Source: Octopus bimaculoides
Taxonomy: Eukaryota
Length of the DNA: 39,292 bases
NCBI RefSeq assembly: GCF_001194135.2
Contig: NC_068994.1
Coordinates: forward strand, 41,522,706 to 41,561,997
Direction: 5' to 3'
In this document: positions 11,293-23,215 of the stretch, piece after piece
How the letters are laid out: each line of letters opens with the position of its first letter
Position numbering within the stretch: the first letter of the stretch is position 1
Program-made: the position numbers and the translations under genes
Notes under the pieces: generated by a model
The model's input: the letters and a program-made list of their open reading frames with translations, nothing else
Database searches by the model: none
Told to the model about the DNA's origin: nothing

Positions 11293-12382
11293 TCAGAATG
11301 GGCATTTTATATTCTATCATTTCATTATATTATATTAGATAATATTATATCATATTATTATAAGATTGTAAATAAAACATGAAAATCAAAGCTGTGACTG
11401 TGGATTTTCATCGATGAGTTCATGAATCTTGGTTCTTTTCTCTAAAACTATATATTTATATATTATACTGTGAAACTTAATTTAGTTTTAATTTTTAAGA
11501 AATTGAATTTGATTGAGTTTTTACCTGCAAATTTGGATTTTTATCCCTAATATTATTGTTATATATATATATATATTTATATATATACATATATATNNNN
11601 NNNNNNNNNNNNNNNNNNNNNNNNNNNNNNNNNNNNNNNNNNNNNNNNNNNNNNNNNNNNNNNNNNNNNNNNNNNNNNNNNNNNNNNNNNNNNNNNNNNN
11701 NNNNNNNNNNNNNNNNNNNNNNNNNNNNNNNNNNNNNNNNNNNNNNNNNNNNNNNNNNNNNNNNNNNNNNNNNNNNNNNNNNNNNNNNNNNNNNNNNNNN
11801 NNNNNNNNNNNNNNNNNNNNNNNNNNNNNNNNNNNNNNNNNNNNNNNNNNNNNNNNNNNNNNNNNNNNNNNNNNNNNNNNNNNNNNNNNNNNNNNNNNNN
11901 NNNNNNNNNNNNNNNNNNNNNNNNNNNNNNNNNNNNNNNNNNNNNNNNNNNNNNNNNNNNNNNNNNNNNNNNNNNNNNNNNNNNNNNNNNNNNNNNNNNN
12001 NNNNNNNNNNNNNNNNNNNNNNNNNNNNNNNNNNNNNNNNNNNNNNNNNNNNNNNNNNNNNNNNNNNNNNNNNNNNNNNNNNNNNNNNNNNNNNNNNNNN
12101 NNNNNNNNNNNNNNNNNNNNNNNNNNNNNNNNNNNNNNNNNNNNNNNNNNNNNNNNNNNNNNNNNNNNNNNNNNNNNNNNNNNNNNNNNNNNNNNNNNNN
12201 NNNNNNNNNNNNNNNNNNNNNNNNNNNNNNNNNNNNNNNNNNNNNNNNNNNNNNNNNNNNNNNNNNNNNNNNNNNNNNNNNNNNNNNNNNNNNNNNNNNN
12301 NNNNNNNNNNNNNNNNNNNNNNNNNNNNNNNNNNNNNNNNNNNNNNNNNNNNNNNNNNNNNNNNNNNNNNNCATACAGGTAA

Positions 12383-12418
<36 letters not shown>

Positions 12419-12422
12419 AAGG

Positions 12423-12457
<35 letters not shown>

Positions 12458-13244
12458 TGTGCTATTTTTTATATTGATTTCACCAACTGGTGCAATTGAA
12501 GTGAACTGCTTTCACATGTAGTGCTCAATGTGAAATAGGTGTGCTTTTTTCTTTTCTTTTCTTTTGATTTTGTATTCAAATATGTGCACTATGATTTTTG
12601 TTTCGGAATGAAAGTAATACAAACATTTAAACACACACACACATACACATACACATATACACACACATACACATGTAAGGTTATATAGTGCTATGTCAGC
12701 TATTTTGCATCTAAGTACTTTCTTAAGAAATTAGCCAGTTTCTAAGCAGCTGCTTGACCTGCTAGAAATAGTTTCCAATCTCTTCCAAATTATGCCTCTT
12801 TTTGTCCTATACATGTCTGTGTGTGTGTGTGTGTGTGCGTGTGCATGCGTGCGTGTGCACGCACACTTACACATGCACAAAATAATCATAACTAAGTTGT
12901 AGACCCAATAATATTTTTCCTGCAAAATTTCCACATCGATGAAGAATACAGAAAAATATGGACTGATCTCTGTGAGAAATAGCTTTGTCAACAGAATAAA
13001 TGATTAGTTGAAAGAAATATTAGTCATTGTGATACACATTCAATAAATTTGATATGTTCCATTACATAAATATTACAGAAGGGGAAGAGAGAGAGGAAAA
13101 GAGTGAAATATGCTGCCATCTTTACTTGACTATTCATGCAAAAATCTGTCAAGGATAAAACAATAGAAAAACAAAAGTATTAAGACAAACAGCTTAAGTT
13201 GTTCATTTAGCATGTGTGATATACATGTATATAAATCTCTCTCT

Positions 13245-13655
13245 CTTTTACTTGTTTCAATCATTTGATTGTGGCCATGCTGGAGCACCACCTGAAAGGG
13301 TTTTAGTCGAACAAATCAAACCCAGGACTTATATTTTAAACCTAGTACTTATTCCATCAGAATCTTTTGCTGAACTGCTAAGTTACAAGGACGTAAGCAC
13401 ACTAACACCTGTTGTCAAGTGGTGATGTGAGGACACACATAGACACAAAGGTACACACACACAAGTATGTAGATATATATATATACCTACATATATGACA
13501 GGCTTCTTTCAGTTTCCATCTACCAAATCTACTCACAAGGCATTGCGCGGCCCAAGGCTATAAGTAGAAGAGACTTGCCCAAGGTGCCATGCAGAGGGAC
13601 TGAATCCGGAACCATGTGACTGGGAAGCAAGCTTCTTAGCATACAGTCATGCCTG
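13245..13655 (-). mobile_element. Near full-length tRNA-derived SINE (head, internal microsatellite, 'tgactgaaacaagtaaaag' tail)
   Basis: Tail block 'tacttgtttcaatcatttgattgtggccatgctggagcacc' and head block 'ggcttctttcagtttcc...gggactgaatccggaaccatgtg'. Repeated at 30145-30585 and 36595-36972. Confidence 0.85.
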
Positions 13656-13860
13656 TTGAAGATCTGCCCAGGCTCCATATCAGTTTTGGCATGATTTCTA
13701 CAACTGGATACCCTTCCTAATGCCAACCCTTTGACAGAGTGTCATGGGTATTTTATGCAGTGCCAGCATGGGTGCATTTACACGGCACTAGTACAGGTGC
13801 ATTCTATGTGGCACCAAAACCCAAGAGCCTGCAAGGTTAGGAATGCCCAGGTGGAGAGGG
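13656..13860 (-). mobile_element. Old SINE copy of the family at 39058-39292
   Basis: 'tttctacaactggatacccttcctaatgccaacc' motif shared with 39175-39205. Confidence 0.75.
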
Positions 13861-13896
13861 ATGCATGTATGTATATGTCTATGTATGTGTGTATAT

Positions 13897-13940
<44 letters not shown>

Positions 13941-14658
13941 NNNNNNNNNNNNNNNNNNNNNNNNNNNNNNNNNNNNNNNNNNNNNNNNNNNNNNNNNNNN
14001 NNNNNNNNNNNNNNNNNNNNNNNNNNNNNNNNNNNNNNNNNNNNNNNNNNNNNNNNNNNNNNNNNNNNNNNNNNNNNNNNNNNNNNNNNNNNNNNNNNNN
14101 NNNNNNNNNNNNNNNNNNNNNNNNNNNNNNNNNNNNNNNNNNNNNNNNNNNNNNNNNNNNNNNNNNNNNNNNNNNNNNNNNNNNNNNNNNNNNNNNNNNN
14201 NNNNNNNNNNNNNNNNNNNNNNNNNNNNNNNNNNNNNNNNNNNNNNNNNNNNNNNNNNNNNNNNNNNNNNNNNNNNNNNNNNNNNNNNNNNNNNNNNNNN
14301 NNNNNNNNNNNNNNNNNNNNNNNNNNNNNNNNNNNNNNNNNNNNNNNNNNNNNNNNNNNNNNNNNNNNNNNNNNNNNNNNNNNNNNNNNNNNNNNNNNNN
14401 NNNNNNNNNNNNNNNNNNNNNNNNNNNNNNNNNNNNNNNNNNNNNNNNNNNNNNNNNNNNNNNNNNNNNNNNAACCAATACCAAAAATAATGAAAAACAA
14501 TAAAAGACAAAGAAAAATAAAGAACCTTTCTCATATGAAAATGCTATTCTAATTTGATTTCGAAGGAAATGTTGGCTTCGATTACCTTTAAACTAAGTTA
14601 GCAGGAAAATTTTAGTTATTTTCCACTTTTTCATTTATTTATCTATTTATTTATTGCG

Positions 14659-14691
<33 letters not shown>

Positions 14692-15487
14692 GTTTGTTTC
14701 AGCAAAAAAGTTATCGAGTTGGTGGCAGCAGCAGGAAAGAATTCTTTGTAAGAAATCTTTCCCTCGGTAGAAAAACAAAAAAAAAAAAAGAGACGACTAA
14801 TAAATTTCAAAAAAATATAATAAAATAAAAAAAATTAAAAAATACTAATAAAATCAATGTCTTTTAGTTTATTTCTTTAATTCAATTTTGTTTTTGTTTT
14901 AAATAAATCACAACATGAAAGAAGAGACAGCCTATCATTAAGGAATTGGTAGGGTTAGGAAAATAATTAAATTCAAGTTGCTCGGGAAGATACTTCGACT
15001 CTTTAAGTGAAGATACCAAGATATTTGAATACAACAAGCAGTTCATTGATTTGTTTATTTTTATTTTCAGTTTTGTTTTTATATTACTATTACTATTTTT
15101 ACTTTTTTTTAAAAATTTCTGAAACAGTGGAAATGTTTAAAATATTTTAGAATTGAGTGATTTCTCTGGCAGCTTTGCTTTAATTAGATCTATTGCCAAA
15201 CCTTCCTTCTCTATGTTGCTCACCCAACAAATGATTTCGGTGGTCTTTGAGTACTATGTTATGTGTCAGTTCTATATTATGATTATGTAACAAATAAAGT
15301 CTTAACTTATAAAAGTACCACATTATTATATAGCTTATAATGTATTGTACTCTATAATGAGGGGAAACATGAAAGGAAATTCAAATCTCTAAAGAATTAA
15401 AAAGCACCATTGTGCAGGGTTTTTGCAATATTTAACGAGTTAAAGATTTTCATCACTAGGAAACCATTGTATAACAGATAATAAGGA

Positions 15488-15661
15488 CATGGCTGTGTGG
15501 TTAAGAAGCTTTCTCCTCAACCATGTAGTCTTGGGTTCAGTGCCCCTGCATGGCACTGTGGGCAACTGCCTTCTACTATAGCCCTGAGATGACCGGAGCT
15601 ATAGTAGAGGACAAGAGTCTTGAAAGGGAATTTGGTTGATGGAAACTGAAAGAAGCCTGTC
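15488..15661 (+). mobile_element. tRNA-derived SINE head with an internal inverted duplication
   Basis: A-box 'tggctgtgtggttaag', B-box 'gggttcagtgccc', ends 'ggaaactgaaagaagcctgtc'. Confidence 0.8.
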
Positions 15662-16280
15662 ATATTTATCTGTATACAGATGAATATGTGTGTATCCTTG
15701 TCTAGACATAATGTGATGGTTGTAAATGTGCATCTTGTTATATGGGCAAGTTTGTTCAGTTGCAGTCTTCCAGAAAAAAGAAAAAACATCTGGTTATGGG
15801 AAAATATTATCTTGCTTGGAAGCAGGTGAGGGCTGGCAACTGGAAAAGAATCCTGCTGTAGAAAATCTGCCTCAGCAAGAGTGAATAAATCAATGTCACT
15901 ACTTAGTTTCTTTTTCAATGTCTGATAGTTATTCTACCAATGTCTTTTGTTGAACTTCTATGTTACAAGGACATTAACAGACCAACACCAGTTATCAAGT
16001 GAAGTGGTGAGGGGGAACAGACACAAAGACACAAAACCCCAAATGTATATATATATACATGCATATATATATATATATGTATATATATGCATGTATGTGT
16101 GTATATATATTGTATATGTAAATATATATGCTAAAGAAAGTACCTGCACAGGGTGATTATGGACAAAGGCATATATGAAATTATATGCAATATATTAAAT
16201 AAGAATATATTTAGTCTTACTGTTAAAATACAAGTTAGGGAGAAACCATAGGAACAACATTAGCTAAGAAGAAAGATTAT

Positions 16281-16320
16281 CTGACTAGTTTTGTAGATTT
16301 TAATACTCATCAGTAGTCAC
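16281..16320 (-). ncRNA. Decayed hammerhead-like motif (second family)
   Basis: Minus strand reads gtgacta-CTGATGA-GTA-ttaaaatc-TAC-AAAA-CTAG-TC-ag. GAAA appears as AAAA (CpG-type change); stem I is poor. Confidence 0.45.
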
Positions 16321-16505
16321 TTATCAAACGTTGATGTGTAGAAGAATATATCTTCGTATGAAAAATATTACAAGGATCAAAGAAATTTATATAATTGTAC
16401 ATGGTGGATAACTTGAATTTAATAACAAGCATTCCAACACATTGTGGTTCCTAATAAATGTGTATACAGTATTAGAATATAAAATGCTCAATATCTGTAT
16501 TTCTT

Positions 16506-16720
16506 AAGGCAGCAAACTGGCAGAAATGTTAGCATACCAGGCAAAATGCTTTTTGCCTGCATTACATCCATCTTTATATTCTGAGTTCAAATCCTGTCAA
16601 GGTTGATTTTAGCTTTCATCCTTCTGGTGTTGATAAATAAGTAGCAGTCAAGCACTGAGGTTCGATATAATCAACTTAACCCCTCCCAGTAATTGCTGGC
16701 CTTGTGCCAAAATTTGAACC
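16506..16720 (+). mobile_element. tRNA-derived SINE ('gagctggcagaa...ctgagttcaaatt...gcctttcatcc' family)
   Basis: B-box 'gagttcaaatcc'; 3' end 'ctggccttgtgccaaaatttgaacc'. About ten copies in the window. Confidence 0.8.
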
Positions 16721-17694
16721 CAATATATGTATATTTAGTATTTAGATACTTAGGTTTGTGTTTGCACTAGAGAAATTAAGTTCTATAGATTTTTAGAGCT
16801 TCTATTTATACCTTCAAGATAAAATATTCTAGATCAATGATTCTTAAACTTTTTTTTAAACTGTATTTTTCCTACTTAACCAATCTACCATATCAATTCC
16901 CCCTTTCCCTCCACACACAGTCACACATACATGTACACACATTCTCACATATCATATATATATAAAAGAAAGTAGTCTTGTATACAACATTCATTGCACA
17001 CAATTAACAGTCTCATGCTAATTTCGCATTAACGTCTTTAAAATCAAAAGAAAAAAAAATCTGGCAAAAAGTAAAAGGCAGGGGGGAAACAGTGCAAATA
17101 TTGATAACTTTCATTGTAAAATCAATTTCCCCACTGGAATTCCCTGTTTTCTCCCTGATATTCTGGAATTTCCCTCTGGGAGGAAATTATCCCCAGGTTA
17201 AAAAGTGTGGTTCTAGATAGTTCGATTAGGTACACAGATTTCAATTGCCACAACTTTCATCGAATGTATCACAATTTGTGGGTGTTTGTGTAATGCGTTA
17301 GAGTATTTAACAAAAGGAAACAAGTCATACTCATTGTGCACATGACATTGCTCCAAATTTCTTATTGGTTGTTTGTGCACACACACACACACACATATGT
17401 ATGTGTATAATATAAAAATATCTATCTATCCTTATATATATAATATATATACACCCATCTGCTCTCACCCCACACACACACATGCATGCACATGCACGCA
17501 CACACACACACACACACACTATATTACTTGTCACACTAATTTATTCTTGGTTTCTGCTAAAGAGAAACTGGGACGCATTTTATGTGTAAGACAAAGCTAA
17601 AACTATGAAAGAAAAATATTAGTATCAGGATTTCATGTCAAATTAGGGATGTGACTGAAACACAAGTAGATATAGTATGCACACATTATATGTA

Positions 17695-17725
<31 letters not shown>

Positions 17726-17794
17726 CACATACATATGTATACATAAACATATATATATTATACATATATGTGTATATCTGCTACGTATGTGGGA

Positions 17795-18030
17795 AATTCT
17801 GTCTGTGGGTGTGTTTGTACAGTTGTTAGCTAACTCCTCCTACATCGTTTTATCGATTTTGATGAAACTTGACACGTGAGTAGAATTCATGTCTAGAAAC
17901 CTCATGGCATACTCAGATTGTTGAAAAAAAATCGATAATAGGGCCCCTGGAAGGGATCCTTATGTATATAATATATTTTATTTTAAAAACCAAGGGAAAT
18001 AACCCATCTGCCCCAGGAAGTGACCCTTAT
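17795..18030. mobile_element. Possible Helentron-associated (DINE-1/HINE-like) non-autonomous element
   Basis: 'ctgtctgt...ctcctacatcgttttatcgattttgatgaaacttgacac' resembles the HINE core motif. Recognition from memory only. Confidence 0.35.
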
Positions 18031-18344
18031 ATATAGCCAAGAGAAATAACCCATTCATTTTCCTAAATTATTTGGTAAAAATGAAATTTAGTATGCTTAT
18101 TTCTTAGTATTTGAACTGTTAGTTCTCCAGGGCCAGGCATGTTTCCACAGAAAATTGGAAATGAAAGACACCACTTACATGACAGTGAAACTCATCCACA
18201 ACTATCATGCTAGTACTGAAGGTCAATCTCAAAATGCTGAGCTTTATGAAGGAGATGAATTTTGGTGCAGTACTGTTCTCAAGAAGACCTGCCCATCACA
18301 GCAGAATCGAGATCCTAAAACTAACATTCCACATAAAAAGTATT

Positions 18345-18520
18345 GGTGTGGGTAGTGGTGCCATATAAACAGCACCTAGTACACTCTGTTAGGAAGGGCA
18401 TCTAGATGTAGAAACCAAGCCAAAACAAACAATGGAACCTACTGCTGCTCCATGCCTTTCCACTTTCAGTCAAGTCATTCAGTCCATGCCAGCATGGAAA
18501 ACAGATGTTAAATAATGATG
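18345..18520 (+). mobile_element. Old SINE copy of the family at 39058-39292
   Basis: 'ttaggaagggcatctagatgtagaaacc...ccagcatggaaaacagatgttaaataatgatg'. Confidence 0.75.
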
Positions 18521-18584
18521 AAGCAAGGCCAAAGCAAAGCGACAGCAATGCGCGTGCACACACACACTGACGTATATACGATAG

Positions 18585-18715
18585 GTCTCCTTCAGTTTGT
18601 GGCTACCAAATCCACTAACAAGTGTTTAGATATCCCAGAGCAATCATAAGAGACACTTACACAATTTGCTTTGCAGTGGGACTGAAATTTAACCACACAG
18701 CTATGTCACTGCCTC
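18585..18715 (-). mobile_element. tRNA-derived SINE head
   Basis: 'ttcagtttgtggctaccaaatccact...gcagtgggactgaaa...accacacagc'. Confidence 0.7.
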
Positions 18716-19577
18716 AGTGTGTGTGTGTGTGTGTGTGCGTGTGTGTGTGGATGCATGATATGTGTGTATGTGCATGCTTGCATGCGTGCATGTGTATGTA
18801 TGTGTGTGCACCATGTGTGTGTATGTGTGTGTGCATGTGCATGGTGTATGTGTGTGTGTGTCTGTGGGATCCATGACTATATGTGATGTATGATTCCACC
18901 AGGCCCACATGCATTTTGCTCATGATATCAAATAGTTTATAACACATCCTACGTATGACACATCTCATTCAGGATATCACACTGCTGTCAACAGTACATT
19001 CGATTTATCATATATGTGGTCCATGATCTCGTATAGTACATGATACAGATATTTATGATGCCATGTGGTATAATATTACCATAAATTTATGACAATATTT
19101 GGTTAAAAGTTTCATTGGTGATGCAAAAGGTTATTTTACTTTCTTCATTTTTTTCTTCTGTTTCTGTTTATTTGTCTTGTTTGTTTTTAAAACTAAGCCT
19201 TGATTCCCTGCCACCACCACCACCACCACCAACACCACAAAATAGAAATACTTAAATTGTTAAAATTTTATTGTTGTTATGTTTGTTGTGAGTAGCAAGA
19301 TTCAGTGACAAAGTATTGGATTGCTATGCACATGAAGAATTTAGAATCTGAATCACATGGAAGCATGTTTCCTATAATGTGTCATGCATGATAAGATATA
19401 ACTTCCTACTCAGCAGGAAGTTCCAAATTCCATAGACTATTGATTTCTTTGGATAGACATGATGTGTCAGACTTATAGGGCAAAGCAAGAGGGGAAGTAG
19501 ATAAGATTATGTGGCATTCATCCATTTTTTTTCTTGATGTACATGAAGTGAAATGACTGCAAGAAAGGATTTTGGTA

Positions 19578-19776
19578 AATGATAGATAGACAGATAGATA
19601 GATAGATAGATTCACAGATAGACTGATAGATAGATAGATAGATTCACAGATAGACTGATAGATAGATAGATAGATAGATTCACAGATAGACTGATAGATA
19701 GATAGATAGATTCACAGATAGACTGATAGATATAGATTCACAGATAGACTGATAGATAGAGATTCACAGATAGACT

Positions 19777-19845
<69 letters not shown>
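19578..19845. repeat. (GATA)n array with a higher-order interruption
   Basis: 'ttcacagatagact' recurs at 19611, 19643, 19679, 19711, 19737 and 19763. Confidence 0.95.
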
Positions 19846-21414
19846 GGAGAGAGAAATAGTGAAAGAGAAAGAGAGAGAGTTGAGGATATTGGCAGTAAAG
19901 AGTGAAAATTAAAGGAATTTGGAAACTGGAGGCAACAGTAGAGGGGATTGGGGAGGAAGATGAGCAAGGATACAATGAAAGAAAGAGAGAAAGAAAGAAA
20001 GAGGGAGAGAGAGAGAGAGAAGGTGAAAGCTAAAAAAGATAAAAAAAAAGAAAATGGTATATACAAGAAGAGAATAAAAACAGTGAGAACAATAGGGAGG
20101 TGGAAGGGGTTTAGGAGAGAAATCAATAAGAAGAATAGAAACAGAGAACTGTAGAAGACAAGGCAGGAAAGGGAGAGAGGGTAGACAAAGTGAGTGGCAG
20201 CAGCAACAGCAGCATTAGCAGTGGCTTATTTTATCATCAGAGAGCTAGTTTAATGGAAAAAGCTATACTACAAATGACAGAGACTAATTGAATCAATGAG
20301 ATGTTTAGTGTTCTTTCTGTAGTTTTTCTTTCCTTTTAATTTTTTTTTTTATCTCTACCCTCCATGGCATGTCAGCTCCTCCTTAACTGGAGAGACAGTG
20401 GATGTGGTGGGTGATGTTATAGAGTTAGTAACAGCTACCTACTAACTGGGGCCATAAATATGTCTGTTCCTAAGGACCCTGGTTGGGTTTCATTAAAATC
20501 TGATGATGATGATGATGATGTTATAAAACAAAAGGGAAAAGAGGAGGTATTTTACACCAAATTAAGCCTGATTCCCCTAAAAATATTGGCTTTATGAAAG
20601 AAAAAATAATAAAGGCTAACAAGAAAAAAAAAGAAAAAAGAGACAGAAAAGAAAGAAAGAAGGAAAGAAAGAAAGAAGAAAAGAAAGAAAGAAGAAAAGA
20701 AAGAACACTATCTTTTATAATCTGTGTTTTTGAAATACAGGAGGAATAAACAAATATGAGAACAAAAGTTTGAAGAAAAAAAAAAAGAAAATTAGAAGTA
20801 AAATAAATAAATAAACCAAACAACAAAGGACTTCAAATTTTAATTTTGGGACTAAATGGTAGTCTTTTAGTGAGATTCCTCTTTCATGCATTTTATGAAT
20901 AGCTAGTTTCTCAGGATAAAAAAAAACAAAAAACAAACAAACATAAAACAATAAGGCAAAATTAAATAAAGTATAGAGATCATTCTAAAGTAGTACTCTG
21001 AAAACAAAACATTGAGATTTTTGTGTGAATCACTTCTGAAAATATTAAAAAAAAAAAAAAACAGAAAATAAAAACAAAAATTGAAATTCTGAAAAAAAAA
21101 AAAAACAAGAATCCCCCAACACTTCTTTTTCCCCTCTGCCCCTCCCCTACTCTCTCGAGAAACAAATGGTGAAAGAAAGAAAAATAAAATAAAATAAAAT
21201 GACCAGTAATTTATGATTTTTCAACCTCAATTAACTTGTTAGATTCAATAAATCTTATCAAGGTTTCCCCTGAAGGATTACTACTGTGTGGGTATGTTTT
21301 TAAGTTAAATTGACACTGTACAATTGCTAGTTGTAGTAGCTCTAGTCTTGTCAAAGTCAGTAGAATGTAGTTTTTGTGATACATGTGTTGAGATTGAGAC
21401 TGTGTTTTTTCATG

Positions 21415-21635
21415 TACAAGGAGGTACCGAAAAGTTCCTGGCTTGGGGAGCAGAAAATACAGGAGGATTTGTTAATTATGATTTTATTCAACATAGTTCC
21501 CTCTCAGATTCACACACTTATTGCAGTGGTTCCTCAGTTTTTCTAAGCTCTACAAAAGAACTCAGAAGGTTGGGCCTTCAACCAGGCTTTTCACGATACC
21601 CTTAAAATCAGGAACTTTTCAGCAACCTCCTCCTA
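21415..21635. mobile_element. Mariner-like MITE
   Basis: TIR-like ends 'tacaaggaggtaccgaaaagttcctg' and 'caggaacttttcagcaacctcctccta'; homologous to 3198-3405. Confidence 0.85.
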
Positions 21636-21669
21636 CATACATACAGATATGTGTGTGTGTTTATATGTA

Positions 21670-21860
21670 TAATTCTTCGAAATGTTTAGTTTTAGAATAG
21701 TGGCAGCTGATGAAGGAAATGTTCTCTATGTGGCCTATGTGTTTTCTGTACTCTGTTTATCATTTTGTCCACTTTTTTTTTTTTGCAACGTCCTGTACCC
21801 AGATATGCATCTATATATACATGTAGATGTAGGTATGTACGTATATATGCATATACTCAT
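21670..21860 (+). mobile_element. Dispersed repeat, probably a retroelement terminus (same family as 29250-29411)
   Basis: Shares 'agaatag..gcagctgatgaagg' and 'aacgtcctgtacc' with the reverse complement of 29250-29411. Confidence 0.6.
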
Positions 21861-21896
21861 ATAATATTTGTATTACATATATATATATATATATTT

Positions 21897-22120
21897 GCAT
21901 GGAGTGCTGATATGTTCCTGACTTTGGATAGAAGAAAATGCAGGAGGATGAGTTAATTATGATTTTATCCAACATATTTCCCTTCCAGATTCACAAACCT
22001 ATTGCAGCAGTTCTTCAATTTTTTCTAAGCCCTTTAAAAGAACTCAGAAGGTTGGGCCTCTAACCAGGCCTTTCATGATACCCTTCTTAAGGACAGGAAC
22101 TTTTCAACACCGACTTGTAC
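21897..22120. mobile_element. Mariner-like MITE
   Basis: 'ggagtgctgatatgttcctg...caggaacttttcaacaccgacttgta'; homologous to 21415-21635. Confidence 0.85.
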
Positions 22121-22204
22121 ACTGACACACAACCAATTTTTGCTGGGGTCAACAAGGAGACCACTGTAAACCATTCAGCATATTGGGAAACCAACAAATA
22201 TGTA

Positions 22205-22815
22205 TATTGGTTTCAAATTTTGGCACAAAGCCAGTAATATTGGGGAAGAGGACTTTTTGATTACTTTGACCCCTGTGCTGAGCTGGTATTTATCTTATCG
22301 ACCCCAAAAGGCTGAAAGGTAAAGCTTAGCACGACAGAATTTGAACTCAGAGCATAAAGATGGATGAAATGTTACTAAGCATTTTGCCTTGTATGCTAAC
22401 AATTTTGCCAGTGTGAATACTTAAATTGGTTTCAAATTTCAGTACAATGCCAGCAATTTCAGAGAGGATAAGTTAATTACATCAACCTTTGTGCTCAACT
22501 AGTAATTATTTCATTCACCCCTGACAAAGGATAACAAAGATCTTTGAAAGAATTACTCAACAATGATGCTAATAATGGTGCTACTATAGACACAAGGCCT
22601 GAAATTTGTGTGGAGGGGGTAAGTTGATCATTGACCCCAGTATTGACCCCAGAACTCAACTGGTACTTAATTGATCGAACCTAAAAGGATGAAAGGCAAA
22701 GTCAATCTTGGTGGAATTTAAACTCAGATTGTAAATATGAGTGAAATACCACTAAGCATCTCATCCAGTATGCTAATGATTCTGTCAGCTTGCAGCTTTT
22801 GCAATGATGCTAATA
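22205..22815 (-). mobile_element. Three adjacent same-orientation copies of the 16506-type SINE
   Basis: Units start near 22205, 22425 (partial) and 22580. Shared blocks 'aatttgaactcag' and 'gaaaggcaaagtc'. Confidence 0.75.
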
Positions 22816-22920
22816 ATAAGAGTATTTTTTGTTACATTCAGGAGAAAATCAAGTCACCTGTTTAATAATGTAATCTGTTCTTATTAAGAAAAGCCTAACC
22901 TTCTACATAACAGAATCTTA

Positions 22921-23215
22921 CTCTCACTCTCTCTCTCTCTCTCTCTCTCTCTCCCTATTTTACCCTCTCTGTCCTTCTTTCACTCTCTCTCCCACTTTCA
23001 CTCTCTAGCTCCCTCTTTTACTCCCTTTCCCCCATTAAACTCTCTCCCCACTCTTCGTTTCACTTGCTCCTCCATCTTCTTTCACACTCTACCCTCCTCT
23101 TCACTCTTTCAGCATTCATCCTCTGTCTCCTCCTCCTCACTCTCCCCCTTCCTACTCTTTTGGAATTCATTTTCTTCTCCCCCTCCCCCTTTCTGCCCCC
23201 CCTCTCTCTCAACTG
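22921..23215. repeat. CT-rich low-complexity tract including (CT)n
   Basis: Nearly pure pyrimidine on the plus strand. Confidence 0.85.

Larger units (their letters stand above)
11069..11557. mobile_element. Composite of three segments of a putative Penelope-like pseudo-LTR in alternating orientation
   Basis: Segments 11069-11202 (-), 11214-11385 (+) and 11395-11557 (-). The first two each carry a hammerhead core. No RT or GIY-YIG ORF is present in the window, so the PLE assignment is inference. Confidence 0.6.

Noticed and set aside
19611-19780. Regularly spaced repeats resembling a CRISPR array
   Set aside because: Spacers are (GATA)n rather than unique sequence, the context is eukaryotic, and no cas genes are present.
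21670-21720. GAAA...CTGATGA in type II hammerhead order (also 29375-29411 on the minus strand)
   Set aside because: The core words and partial stem II complementarity are present, but I cannot form stem I next to a UH triplet, so it is not called a ribozyme. The family consensus is still worth checking.
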